DNA from: Candidatus Jordarchaeales archaeon
GTDB taxonomy: Archaea; Asgardarchaeota; Jordiarchaeia; Jordiarchaeales; Freyrarchaeaceae
Direction: 5' to 3'
Assembly (NCBI GenBank): GCA_038889235.1
Contig: JAWAHN010000002.1
Coordinates: 194,356-226,355, forward strand
Length of the DNA: 32,000 bases
Part shown: one piece after another, positions 1-9,182 of the stretch
Numbering within the stretch: the first letter of the stretch is position 1
How the letters are laid out: each line of letters begins with the position of its first letter
The notes under the pieces: model-generated
What the model was told of the DNA's origin: nothing
The model's input: the letters and a program-made list of their open reading frames with translations, nothing else
The model's database searches: none
Position numbers and translations under genes: made by a program

Positions 1-1
1 T

Positions 2-358
2 AGAGTTAGAAGTTTACAGCGGAAGGGTATCATCAGGCAGTTTACAGTAAAACTAGACATGGAAATGTTGGGATACGTGACTAACGGCTTTGTTTTAATC
101 AATGTTGACCCGGCAAAAGAAGAAAAAATCGTGCAGTTTCTAGCTGAAATACCGGAAATCGTGGAAATCCACAGACTCCTAGGCGAAAACGACATCATGG
201 TGAAAATAGTTTGCAAAGACGTGTCTGAAATGCGCAAGCTTCTGCTCGAAAAAATAAGGGAGCTTGATGGCGTAGAGCTCGTTAAAGGCTTCCTCTGCAT
301 AAAAACTGATAAAGACTCGTATAACGACTTAATCTCAAAGTTCAAGAAAGAGCAATAA
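2..358 (+). CDS. Lrp/AsnC family transcriptional regulator (5'-truncated by window edge)
   Basis: The frame is open from nt 2, upstream of the track's ATG at 59: RVRSLQRKGIIRQFTVKLDMEMLG is the typical end of the Lrp HTH plus linker. It is followed by a RAM/AsnC ligand-binding domain (EIHRLLGENDIMVKIV). Confidence 0.88.
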   Translation, partial: RVRSLQRKGIIRQFTVKLDMEMLGYVTNGFVLINVDPAKEEKIVQFLAEIPEIVEIHRLLGENDIMVKIVCKDVSEMRKLLLEKIRELDGVELVKGFLCIKTDKDSYNDLISKFKKEQ

Positions 359-402
359 TAAGATTGCTGTAACAATAAAAGGTTTGGAAGGAGGGTCTTC
401 TT

Positions 403-825
403 ATGTCCTTTTCCAAGGATGAAATGCTGGAAGCCCTAAAGTCTTTTGCCCTTGATTTAATTGTTAAAACGCAAGATTTCCTCAACAAGCTGGGGCAGGC
501 AAAAAGTTACTCTGAAATGTTAGGGCAAGTTTTAGCGTTGCGCGTCCAAAAAGCCTTCGGAAAAGATAAAGGTCATGCTATACTATACCTAAACCTCCTC
601 TTAAAAGCATTGGGTATGCCTATCTTCCAGCAAGACGGAAAAAAGTATCTATTCGAATGTTTGAGCGAAGAATGCCCCCTGATGAGAGCCGCTATTGTGA
701 CGCAGACCACCTTTAACCACGATTTCTGCATGCTATTTTTAACGAGCTACCTCACCAACTCTGGTTTCTCCGTTAAAAGTCGCCCTCCCTCAGACAAGGA
801 AAAGGGAAGGATTGAAGCAAAGTAG
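403..825 (+). CDS. hypothetical protein, V4R/MetOD1-like output domain (divergent)
   Basis: 140 aa; helical N-half then ECPL...DFC, similar to the CPF...YC pattern of 15150..15620; GGAGGG RBS upstream. Fold assignment is inference. Confidence 0.45.
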   Translation: MSFSKDEMLEALKSFALDLIVKTQDFLNKLGQAKSYSEMLGQVLALRVQKAFGKDKGHAILYLNLLLKALGMPIFQQDGKKYLFECLSEECPLMRAAIVTQTTFNHDFCMLFLTSYLTNSGFSVKSRPPSDKEKGRIEAK

Positions 826-922
826 CTTCGAACCCCCCAGCAAATTTTCCCCTTTCTCGTCGTTGGCAATACTTTTAACTAGTCGCCTTCAAGTTTGAGT
901 GTCTTCTAGTTGGGAGCAGGTG

Positions 923-1729
923 ATGTCAATGGGAAATGGGCGAGTATTCAATTACCTTTTGAAGGTGCGCTCCGAGGAAGGCGTTGTCCACCTGACCCTA
1001 ATAGACCCCGACCCTCTCAAACAACCTCCAGAAGTAGCTGGAAAAATAGCTAAGTATGCGTGCGATGCGGGTACAGACGCGATAATGGTCGGTGGCTCAA
1101 CGGCCTTCGGTATACTCGACGAGACTATTGAAAAGATAAAAGGGGTAACAGATTTGCCCGTAATCCTCTTTCCGGGAAACGTCTCCGGCATTTCTAAACT
1201 TGCCGACGCGATATTTTTTATGAGTGTTTTAAACTCGAGAAACCCCTACTTCATAACCAAGGCTCAAGCTTTGGGAGCTTTTGCCGTCAAATTATACGGG
1301 TTAGAAGCTATAGGGATGGCTTACTTAATTGTTGAACCGGGAGGAACAGTTGGATACATGAGCGAAGCGAACCTGCTTCCCAGAAACAAGCCCCAGATAG
1401 CTGCGGCGTACGCGCTGGCAGCCCAGTACATGGGCTTCAAACTAGTTTACCTCGAAGCAGGTTCAGGGGCAAGCGAACACGTGCCATGCGAAATGATTTC
1501 ACTGGTATCTAAGACGATAGACATACCTCTCATTGTGGGCGGGGGTATTAGGACGGAAGATGAAGCCGCGAGAGTAGTTGAGGCGGGGGCAGACATGATA
1601 GTGCAAGGAACAATCGCTGAAGAAACTGCCTTGAAGGATAAGGGTGTCACTCTTAAGAAAGCTATAGAGTCTGCGAAGAAAGCTGGAGCAAAAAGGCTTG
1701 CGAACAACGACAAAAGGTTTTCTACATAA
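923..1729 (+). CDS. geranylgeranylglyceryl phosphate (GGGP) synthase
   Basis: LIDPD, IMVGGS, LFPGN, YLEAGSGA and IVGGGIR motifs of the PcrB/GGGPS TIM barrel. ORF is open from GTG 899; ATG 923 or 929 more likely. Confidence 0.93.
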   Translation: MSMGNGRVFNYLLKVRSEEGVVHLTLIDPDPLKQPPEVAGKIAKYACDAGTDAIMVGGSTAFGILDETIEKIKGVTDLPVILFPGNVSGISKLADAIFFMSVLNSRNPYFITKAQALGAFAVKLYGLEAIGMAYLIVEPGGTVGYMSEANLLPRNKPQIAAAYALAAQYMGFKLVYLEAGSGASEHVPCEMISLVSKTIDIPLIVGGGIRTEDEAARVVEAGADMIVQGTIAEETALKDKGVTLKKAIESAKKAGAKRLANNDKRFST

Positions 1730-1753
1730 AAAGGTTCTTTAGTGAGTGCGCAT

Positions 1754-1770
1754 AAGGTTTTTTAAACCTT
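1754..1770. promoter_or_regulatory. perfect 7-3-7 inverted repeat AAGGTTT-TTT-AAACCTT upstream of pheA
   Basis: Seen directly; abuts TATA-like TTATAATT (1771-1778). Operator role is inference. Confidence 0.45.
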
Positions 1771-1814
1771 TTATAATTTAATCGAAGCTTCCAAGAAAAA
1801 GGGGAGCAGGAGAA

Positions 1815-2963
1815 TTGTCTGACGAAAAATTGCTTAGAGAACTGAGAAGTAAGGTTGACGCCATCGATGAGAAGCTTATCGAGCTACTCGCAGAGCGAAT
1901 GAACCTCATAAAAGAAATAGCGCACGTAAAGTCCCGTCTCAAACTCAGCATAAGAGATGTGCAAAGAGAAGCCGAAATAATGTCTCATATCGAAAAACTA
2001 GCCGAAGAAAAAGGCTTAGACTGGGACTTTGTTCAAGAAATATTCACAAGGATACTCAGAAAAGGAAGAGAAATTGAGGGCGAAATTAGGAAAAACATTC
2101 TCAGAGTCGCCTACCTCGGCCCACGGGGTACATTCACAGAAGAAGCTACAAAGAAGTTCTTCAACAACGTTGAAGCGGAACTAATACCCATAACCACAAT
2201 TTCAGGAGTAATTTCCATGGTCGAAAAGGGGCATGCAGACATGGGCGTCCTTCCAATAGAAAACTCCGTTGAAGGTTCTGTGACGACAACCCTAGACCTG
2301 TTGGTTAGAAGTAACGTCAAGATCTGCGGCGAAATAATCCTCCCAGTGGAGCATTGCCTAATAGGAAAGGAAAAAATAGACTTTAAAGAGATAACTGCGG
2401 TTTACTCTCACCCCCAGGCGCTGGCACAGTGTAGAAACTTCCTCGCCAAAAACCTACCTCAAGCGCGATTGTATGAAACAAGCAGTACGGCGGAAGCTGT
2501 CAGACTAGTTGCTCTAAGTGACTCTTACGACATTGCGGCCATAGGAAGTGCTGCAGCTGCAGAATTATACGGACTGCTAGTCCTTGCAAGAGGCATACAA
2601 GACGAACAGACTAACGAGACACGCTTCGCCGTAATAGGCATGAAGGATATGCCCCCAACGGGAGAAGACAAGACATCTATAGCAATTTTCCTACTTCAAG
2701 ACAGGCCTGGTGCCCTGTGCGAGGTACTTGAAGAGTTCAAAGAGCGAAACATAAATCTAACAAGAATAGAGTCTAGGCCAAGCAAGAAAATACTGGGTGA
2801 TTACATCTTCTTCATAGACCTAGAAGGACATATAGCCCAACCTGAAGTTAAAGAGTCCATTGAAAAAATAAAGTTAAAGGCTGGATCAGTAAAAATACTA
2901 GGGTCATTTCCTAAGGCTAGGAGGCAAAACAATTGCTGGAGATGTTCAAGTGGAACGAACTGA
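1815..2963 (+). CDS. pheA: bifunctional chorismate mutase / prephenate dehydratase
   Basis: N-terminal AroQ CM (LRSKVDAIDEKLIELLAERM...RDVQRE), PDT domain (YLGPRGTFT, PIENSVEG, SHPQALAQC, NETRF) and ACT domain (DRPGAL, NLTRIESRP). TTG start with GGAG RBS. Confidence 0.95.
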   Translation: MSDEKLLRELRSKVDAIDEKLIELLAERMNLIKEIAHVKSRLKLSIRDVQREAEIMSHIEKLAEEKGLDWDFVQEIFTRILRKGREIEGEIRKNILRVAYLGPRGTFTEEATKKFFNNVEAELIPITTISGVISMVEKGHADMGVLPIENSVEGSVTTTLDLLVRSNVKICGEIILPVEHCLIGKEKIDFKEITAVYSHPQALAQCRNFLAKNLPQARLYETSSTAEAVRLVALSDSYDIAAIGSAAAAELYGLLVLARGIQDEQTNETRFAVIGMKDMPPTGEDKTSIAIFLLQDRPGALCEVLEEFKERNINLTRIESRPSKKILGDYIFFIDLEGHIAQPEVKESIEKIKLKAGSVKILGSFPKARRQNNCWRCSSGTN

Positions 2964-4033
2964 AAAATCTTGCTCCACTCGCCGATAGTAAAAGAAGGCA
3001 GTTTTTCGGTAACACTATAACGTTCTCGAGGAACGTTTTCATACCGCTCGTCAACCTTTGCAGAAATAAGTGCGCCTACTGCGGTTTTAGGAGAGAGCCC
3101 TGGGAAAAAGATGCCCGCGTCCTCTATCCAGACGAAGTCAAGTCCATGTTGTTGCAGGGTAAAAAAGCTGGTTGCTCAGAGGCGCTTTTCACGTTCGGAG
3201 AGAAGCCGGAAGAAGTCTACCCCTCAGTGCGCCGTGAGTTGAAGAAGATTGGCGGCTACTCTTCGGTATTAGAGTACCTTTACGACATGTGCCTGGAAGC
3301 ACTCAAAATAGGCCTTCTGCCGCACAGCAATCCCGGCGTCCTCACAGAGGAGGAAATCAGAGCTCTCAAAGAAGTAAATGCGAGCATGGGTCTGATGCTT
3401 GAAAACATAAGTGAAAGGTTATGCGGTAAAGGCGGCCCACATGAGCACAGTCCTGGAAAACACCCTAAGTTAAGGTTGAACACCATAGCCCATGCAGGAA
3501 AGTGTAGGATACCGTTCACAACAGGCCTCCTCATAGGTATAGGGGAAACCATGGAAGAAGTGATTGCGAGCCTCAAGGCAATCTGTATCCTACATGAAAA
3601 GTACGGGCATATTCAAGAGGTTATCATCCAAAACTTCACTCCAAAGGTGAACACTCCAATGAGTAACCATCCTCCTCCCAGTTATGAGTACTACTCGACT
3701 GTCGTGTCATTGGCGAGAATAATGCTTCCCGGAGACGTTAGCATACAGATCCCGCCAAACTTAAACCAGGAACACATAGCGTCCTTAATTAGAGTGGGTG
3801 CGAACGACCTTGGAGGAATTTCCCCCATAACGCCGGACTACATTAACCCGTCAAACCCCTGGCCATGTCTCGAAAAAGTTGAAGAGGCGGTTGCAAAGGT
3901 AGGGGCGACCTTAAGGGAAAGGCTTCCTATTTACCCGAAATATGTTAAAAGGGAGGAATTTCTCTCAGAGATAGTGGCTGATGTGGTTGCGTCACTTGCT
4001 GACGAAGAAGGATACAGGAGGAGATATCCTTAA
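2933..4033 (+). CDS. cofG: FO (7,8-didemethyl-8-hydroxy-5-deazariboflavin) synthase subunit CofG
   Basis: Radical SAM CRNKCAYC in ITFSRNVFIP context; ASMGLMLE, FTTGLLIGIGE, IQIPPNL, GANDLGGISP. GGAGG at 2920-2924 supports TTG 2933. Confidence 0.93.
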   Translation: MLEMFKWNELKNLAPLADSKRRQFFGNTITFSRNVFIPLVNLCRNKCAYCGFRREPWEKDARVLYPDEVKSMLLQGKKAGCSEALFTFGEKPEEVYPSVRRELKKIGGYSSVLEYLYDMCLEALKIGLLPHSNPGVLTEEEIRALKEVNASMGLMLENISERLCGKGGPHEHSPGKHPKLRLNTIAHAGKCRIPFTTGLLIGIGETMEEVIASLKAICILHEKYGHIQEVIIQNFTPKVNTPMSNHPPPSYEYYSTVVSLARIMLPGDVSIQIPPNLNQEHIASLIRVGANDLGGISPITPDYINPSNPWPCLEKVEEAVAKVGATLRERLPIYPKYVKREEFLSEIVADVVASLADEEGYRRRYP

Positions 4034-4035
4034 AC

Positions 4036-5151
4036 ATGCTTGATGTTATAGATGGCGAGGTAAGCTACATACTTGAAAGAGCCCTCGACGGCCACCTTAT
4101 TACAGTCAAGGAAGCTGAAACCCTCTTCAAAGTTACAGGTAAAGAGCTTTTAGCATTAATTAGTGTTGCCGACGAGTTAAGGCGCCGCATAGTGGGCAAT
4201 ATTGTGACGTATGTAGTTAACAGAAACATAAACTTTACGAACATTTGCATCAACCGGTGTCTTTTTTGCGCGTTTAGCAGACCACTTGGCTCTGCTGAAG
4301 GATACATGATCTCCCTAGAAGAGTTAAAGAAGAAGGTTCTCGAAGCAGTTAAACTCGGTGCGACAGAAGTCTGCATACAGGGTGGTTTACATCCCGACGC
4401 GGACATAGAACTGTATTTAGACATTATAAGGACTGTGCGAGCGGTCTCGCCAAACATCCACATTCACGCATTCAGCCCTATGGAAGTAAAACATGCGTCA
4501 GTAAACTCGGGTATGAGTGTGGAGAGTGTACTTAAAGCGTTTAAGGAAGCCGGACTGGACTCTATGCCGGGAACAGCTGCTGAAATACTCGTCGATAAGG
4601 TTAGACGCGTGATATGTCCAAACAAAATTAGGACAGCAGAATGGATCCGAATAATTAAGGCCGCTCATAGAATTGGAATTCCGACATCGAGCACAATGAT
4701 GTACGGTCACATCGAAAGTGAAAGGGACAAAGCAGTACACATAGACATTCTCAGGAGAATTCAAAGGTCGACAGGCGGCTTTACGGAGTTCGTCCCCCTA
4801 AGCTTCATCCACGAAAAGACAAGCCTCTATAGAATGGGGTTATCCAAACCTGGTGCAACTGGCCTGGAAGACGTCAAAGTGTACGCCATCTCCAGACTAA
4901 TGCTGGGCGACGTCATAAGGAACATACAGGTTTCGTGGGTTAAACTTGGAGTAAAGTTTGCCCAGTTCTGTCTAAACGCCGGCGCAAACGACTTCGGTGG
5001 AACGCTAATGGAGGAGAACATATCAAGATTTGCTGGGTCAACGAGCGGAGAGTATCTTCCACCAAGCGAGATAGAACGAATAATAAGGGACTGCGGCAGA
5101 ATACCCGCCCAAAGAACGACGACATACGAAATAATAAAAGTAAGTTTTTAA
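4036..5151 (+). CDS. cofH: FO synthase subunit CofH (tyrosine-cleaving radical SAM)
   Basis: VTYVVNRNINFTNICINRCLFCAF, SMPGTAAEIL, TMMYGHIE, FTEFVPLSF, NIQVSWVKLG, GANDFGGTLMEENISR; adjacent to cofG. MqnC/MqnE are related, but cofG context favours CofH. Confidence 0.9.
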   Translation: MLDVIDGEVSYILERALDGHLITVKEAETLFKVTGKELLALISVADELRRRIVGNIVTYVVNRNINFTNICINRCLFCAFSRPLGSAEGYMISLEELKKKVLEAVKLGATEVCIQGGLHPDADIELYLDIIRTVRAVSPNIHIHAFSPMEVKHASVNSGMSVESVLKAFKEAGLDSMPGTAAEILVDKVRRVICPNKIRTAEWIRIIKAAHRIGIPTSSTMMYGHIESERDKAVHIDILRRIQRSTGGFTEFVPLSFIHEKTSLYRMGLSKPGATGLEDVKVYAISRLMLGDVIRNIQVSWVKLGVKFAQFCLNAGANDFGGTLMEENISRFAGSTSGEYLPPSEIERIIRDCGRIPAQRTTTYEIIKVSF

Positions 5152-5166
5152 ACCAGGATGGCTCTC

Positions 5167-7113
5167 TTACCTGAATAGTTCTATTACACTCATTTTTACC
5201 GTGGAGAAATCTTTCTTGTTTATATATCCCTTCTCTAGAAGCAAACTTAGCCCATCGTATATCTTTGGCTCCAAATCTTTCTGTTTCAACAAATTCACTT
5301 TATCCATAAAACTTCTAGCCTCTTCTAGAAGCTTAAGTTCGTCTACATGTTGCTCAAACCTTTTCTTCAAAAAGCTAGTAAAAGTTTTGTTAGCCACGTC
5401 ATCCACCTTAATTTTCCCGTTACTGGTCTTCTCAAGGAATCCAACTGGCGGTATAAGTATCAGCTGAGTTTTTTCGTCACTTCTCAGTTCAGCAAGGTAA
5501 GCTGTCAAAAAGAAAATGAACGGCTCCCTCACATCGGGCCCTCTAACCATAGATCCCGTCAATGCTGCTATGTCCATTTCATGCGACTTCATATGTTCTT
5601 CTAGATAGTTATAGATGTCTTTCAACCTGTTACGGTACTTCTCCTTAAGTTTATCTATCAGAGAAAGCTGCTTCTCCATTTCCTCCTTCAAATCACCAAT
5701 CTTTTTCTCCATGCTGGCAATCACTTTTTCTGCATGTTGTTCAACTATTTGTCGCTTTTTATGTGCGTCGTTAATCGCTGAACGAACAACTTTCTCCACA
5801 CGTTTCAGCTTTTCACTCACATCTTTCACATCGTCCCTTAGCTTTTCCAGCAATCCAGCGACCTCCTCCAATGCAAGCAATTTATCCTCCCTTTTGCCTC
5901 CATCGCCTTTGTCAAGCATCGTGGAAGCATAGTTAACCAAATTCATCATAGCGTTCGAAAGCGACACTATGTCCTCCCTAATCTCTTCAACTTCCTTCCA
6001 TGCAGCGTTCCAAGCCTGCTCCTCTATCTCTGTTATCTTCTGCTTCTTATCCTCCTCAACCTTTACGCGCTCCTCACCAATTTTTCGCCTTAATTCGTCA
6101 ATTCGCTCTAAATATTCGTCTCTCACCTTGGCTCTCTCATCTTCTAGTTTTTTGATATGTAACTCTGCTATTCCAACAACCTTCTCGCTCAACTTCTTCA
6201 ACTTCTCAGCATTCTCTTTGATTGCGCCAAGCACGTTCAGGAATTTTTCCTTCACTTCCATAATTTCAGTCTCACTGAAAACCGTCCTCAAAATGACTGC
6301 ATCCTTAATCTTAGAAACTTGTGCGTTAGCAAGGAACCTAGCCAACTCTTGAGCGTTCTCATACCCGATAAGACCCGGTATTACAAAGGTTTCGTAAGCC
6401 ACTTTTTCCCTTAAAATTGCAGCTATTCTGTCAATTGACTTCACAGGATCCTGCGCCAAGCTAGTCTCTTCATCTTCCTTAAGCTCCGGAGGCGAGAAAC
6501 ACTTTATAACAACGGGATCCTTAAAGAGTCCATCGACTATTATGCATTCACCAGCATTTGTAGGAACAACCCAAAAAGGCCAAAGCACTTTAACGACAGA
6601 ATCAACGTTCACCTTCTTCTTAATCAGACTCACACTCTGACTTCTCATCTTCTCCAGCATGAGGAAAGCCGCGGCGAGAGACGCCTCCTCGCTCCTCTCA
6701 CCTTTATCTAAGACTAGGAATGGTGCGCAAAAAACTTCTTTAACCATTAAACAATAATTGTACTCGTTAACTAGAAGTTCCAGTGACCTGGCAAAGTATT
6801 CATCAAGCCTTCCTTTCTCCCTGTAAATTTTAAAGAAAAGCGAGACTGCTTGTGACAAGAAACTCCTCGCAGCTTCTACGTCATCATCCAAATCAACAGC
6901 AACAGCGAATATGTAATCTTCAGCCACGTCGTACACGAAAACACCATCTTTCGTCGCCATACTCTGTATTCCGCCATGACCTATTTCGCTTGCAAAAGAA
7001 AATATTGCTGCGAGAAACCCTGAGAGAAGTGCCTCGTCCACTTTACTTCCGCCATAATTTCTATGAAACACAGGGCTACCAGTTCTCTGGAATATGTAAA
7101 ATTCTTTAATCAT
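5167..7113 (-). CDS. longin-domain protein with long coiled coil
   Basis: Res 1-120 show a longin pattern ([28 protein letters not shown], three beta strands, helix). Res ~281-515 are E/K-rich heptad helices; globular segments flank the coil. Confidence 0.72.
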   Translation of the reverse strand: MIKEFYIFQRTGSPVFHRNYGGSKVDEALLSGFLAAIFSFASEIGHGGIQSMATKDGVFVYDVAEDYIFAVAVDLDDDVEAARSFLSQAVSLFFKIYREKGRLDEYFARSLELLVNEYNYCLMVKEVFCAPFLVLDKGERSEEASLAAAFLMLEKMRSQSVSLIKKKVNVDSVVKVLWPFWVVPTNAGECIIVDGLFKDPVVIKCFSPPELKEDEETSLAQDPVKSIDRIAAILREKVAYETFVIPGLIGYENAQELARFLANAQVSKIKDAVILRTVFSETEIMEVKEKFLNVLGAIKENAEKLKKLSEKVVGIAELHIKKLEDERAKVRDEYLERIDELRRKIGEERVKVEEDKKQKITEIEEQAWNAAWKEVEEIREDIVSLSNAMMNLVNYASTMLDKGDGGKREDKLLALEEVAGLLEKLRDDVKDVSEKLKRVEKVVRSAINDAHKKRQIVEQHAEKVIASMEKKIGDLKEEMEKQLSLIDKLKEKYRNRLKDIYNYLEEHMKSHEMDIAALTGSMVRGPDVREPFIFFLTAYLAELRSDEKTQLILIPPVGFLEKTSNGKIKVDDVANKTFTSFLKKRFEQHVDELKLLEEARSFMDKVNLLKQKDLEPKIYDGLSLLLEKGYINKKDFSTVKMSVIELFR

Positions 7114-7401
7114 TCTTCCTTCACCAGTAGGGCGTCTCAGAGAAATTCTTTAAACCGCCAAATAAATACTCTTTCCCAGTCAACTCCGACCCAAGCCAAG
7201 AAGACAGTAAAAATCTTCAATCTTCTAACGTCTCACAGGTCACAGGAAAAGGGGAGGTCATTCGCCTGCCTTCAGATCCCAAAAAAACTTACTGCTCCTC
7301 CTCCTGGATCTTACAGCTTAAACCCGAAAACTTTTTATTTATATTACACTTATATCCACCAGCCAAACGCAGAAGTTCCAACAGTCAGTGGGGGAAGTAA
7401 A

Positions 7402-7677
7402 ATGTCAGACGAAAACAGCGTGTACATCGGAAACAAGCCCGTAATGAACTACGTGTTGGCATGCATAACTTTGTTCCACAACGGGAAAAACGAGGTTGTC
7501 ATAAAAGCTAGAGGGAGATCAATTAGTAGAGCAGTGGACGTAGCGGAAATTGTGAGAAACAGATTTATGACAAACGTCTACCCCAAAGAAATCAGAATAG
7601 GCACTGAAACACTGAGCACAGAGTCCGGCAATCCAGTCAACGTTTCAACAATTGAAATAGTGCTTGCCAAGAAGTAA
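7402..7677 (+). CDS. albA: DNA/RNA-binding chromatin protein Alba
   Basis: [44 protein letters not shown]. True start is ATG 7402, not the track's 7063. Confidence 0.96.
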   Translation: MSDENSVYIGNKPVMNYVLACITLFHNGKNEVVIKARGRSISRAVDVAEIVRNRFMTNVYPKEIRIGTETLSTESGNPVNVSTIEIVLAKK

Positions 7678-7838
7678 GCAGCCCATTCCCTGTCAGCTTT
7701 TTAAAGCATCTTATTTTAACTTCCTTTTTTATTTGGAAACAGAAACACATTCATCTATATATCATCTTCTTTTTTCAGTAAAACCTTCATTAAGGATAAG
7801 TAGGCTTATTTTATAGAATGATTGCTTGGTGATAGAGG

Positions 7839-9182
7839 TTGAGCGTTCACCCGTGTGAATACAGGTACTATACGCCTGAAATGAAAAGGATTTTCACAGA
7901 AGAGAGTAGGCTTCAAAAGTGGTTAGACGTTGAGGCTGCGCTTGCAAGGGCTCATGCTAGGCTGGGAAAAATACCGGTGGAAGCTGCTGAGGAGATTTCC
8001 AGAAAGGCGTCGACAAAGTATGTTAAGCTTGAACGAGTTAAAGAAGTAGAGAAGGAAATTAGCCACGACGTCATGGCTATGGTTCGCGTCCTTTCAGAGG
8101 TCTGTGAGGGGGATGCTGGAAAGTACGTGCACCTGGGGGCGACGAGCTACGACATTGTCGATACAGCGTGGGCGCTTACACTTAAAGACGCTATAAGTAT
8201 CATCGAAAGGCGCCTTAGAGAACTTAAAAACGTATTGCTCGACCTGGCCATGGAACACAAGGAGACCATTTGTGTTGGGCGGACACACGGACAGCACGCT
8301 ATCCCCTTCACTTACGGGATGAAGTTTGCAATATGGGCTAGTGAGGTCAACAGACACTTGGAAAGACTGAAAGAGTGTGCTAGAAGAGTAATTGTTGGTA
8401 AGATGAGCGGCGCAGTTGGAACAATGGCTGGTTTTGGCGAAGAGGGCTTCGAAGTTCAGAGACTTGTAATGGAAGAGCTTGGTATAGGCGAAGTCGAAAT
8501 AGCTAACCAGATAGTGCCCCGTGACAACTATGCAGAACTAATATTCCTCAACGCTCTCATAGCGGCAACCCTCAACAGAATCGCAAAAGAGATAAGGGAC
8601 CTTCAAAGAACAGAGATAGGAGAGGTTTTCGAGCCGTTCGGCGCCAAGCAAGTTGGCTCATCAACAATGAGCCACAAGAGGAACCCCCACCGGTCAGAGC
8701 GCGTTTGCGGCATTTCGAGGGTTGTAATGTCCCACGTTTTCCCAGCGCTCGAAAACGCCGCTCTCCTAGAACATGAACGTGACCTCACGAACTCCTCCGC
8801 TGAGCGCATAATACTCCCAGAGTCATTCATACTCCTAGACTACATTCTATCCGAAATGATACAGATACTCAAGGGGTTAGAGTTCAACTACGAGAACATA
8901 GAGCGAAATCTAAATCTCACAGGTGGGCTCATAATGAGTGAAAACGTAATGTTAAACCTGGTGAAGAAAGGTCTAGGCAGACAAGAAGCACACGAAATAC
9001 TCAGAACCTTGGCAATAAAGTGTGTCAAAGAGAAAATCCCCTTCAAGAGGGCAATCCTTGAGCACGAGGTACTAAAGAACCTCGTTACGGAAGAAGAGCT
9101 CGAAGAATGGCTAAACCCCAAAAACTACATAGGAACTGCGGTCGAACAAGTGGAAAGAATAGTTAAGCGCCTCAGAGATTAA
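7839..9182 (+). CDS. purB: adenylosuccinate lyase
   Basis: HLGATSYDIVDT, GRTHGQHA, fumarate-lyase signature GSSTMSHKRNP, HERDLTNSSAERI. TTG start after GGTGAT. Confidence 0.95.
   Translation: MSVHPCEYRYYTPEMKRIFTEESRLQKWLDVEAALARAHARLGKIPVEAAEEISRKASTKYVKLERVKEVEKEISHDVMAMVRVLSEVCEGDAGKYVHLGATSYDIVDTAWALTLKDAISIIERRLRELKNVLLDLAMEHKETICVGRTHGQHAIPFTYGMKFAIWASEVNRHLERLKECARRVIVGKMSGAVGTMAGFGEEGFEVQRLVMEELGIGEVEIANQIVPRDNYAELIFLNALIAATLNRIAKEIRDLQRTEIGEVFEPFGAKQVGSSTMSHKRNPHRSERVCGISRVVMSHVFPALENAALLEHERDLTNSSAERIILPESFILLDYILSEMIQILKGLEFNYENIERNLNLTGGLIMSENVMLNLVKKGLGRQEAHEILRTLAIKCVKEKIPFKRAILEHEVLKNLVTEEELEEWLNPKNYIGTAVEQVERIVKRLRD

Noticed and set aside
59-358. Stand-alone AsnC ligand-binding domain as suggested by the ORF track
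   Set aside because: The frame is open to the window edge and encodes the HTH tail, so it is a truncated full Lrp protein.
5167-7113. R-SNARE or SMC/Rad50 identity for the longin-coiled-coil protein
   Set aside because: No C-terminal TM or lipidation motif, coil much longer than a SNARE motif; no Walker A/B or CxxC hook.
7063-7401. 113-aa N-terminal extension on Alba
   Set aside because: Overlaps the longin gene start and the promoter region, has non-protein-like composition, and a good RBS precedes ATG 7402.
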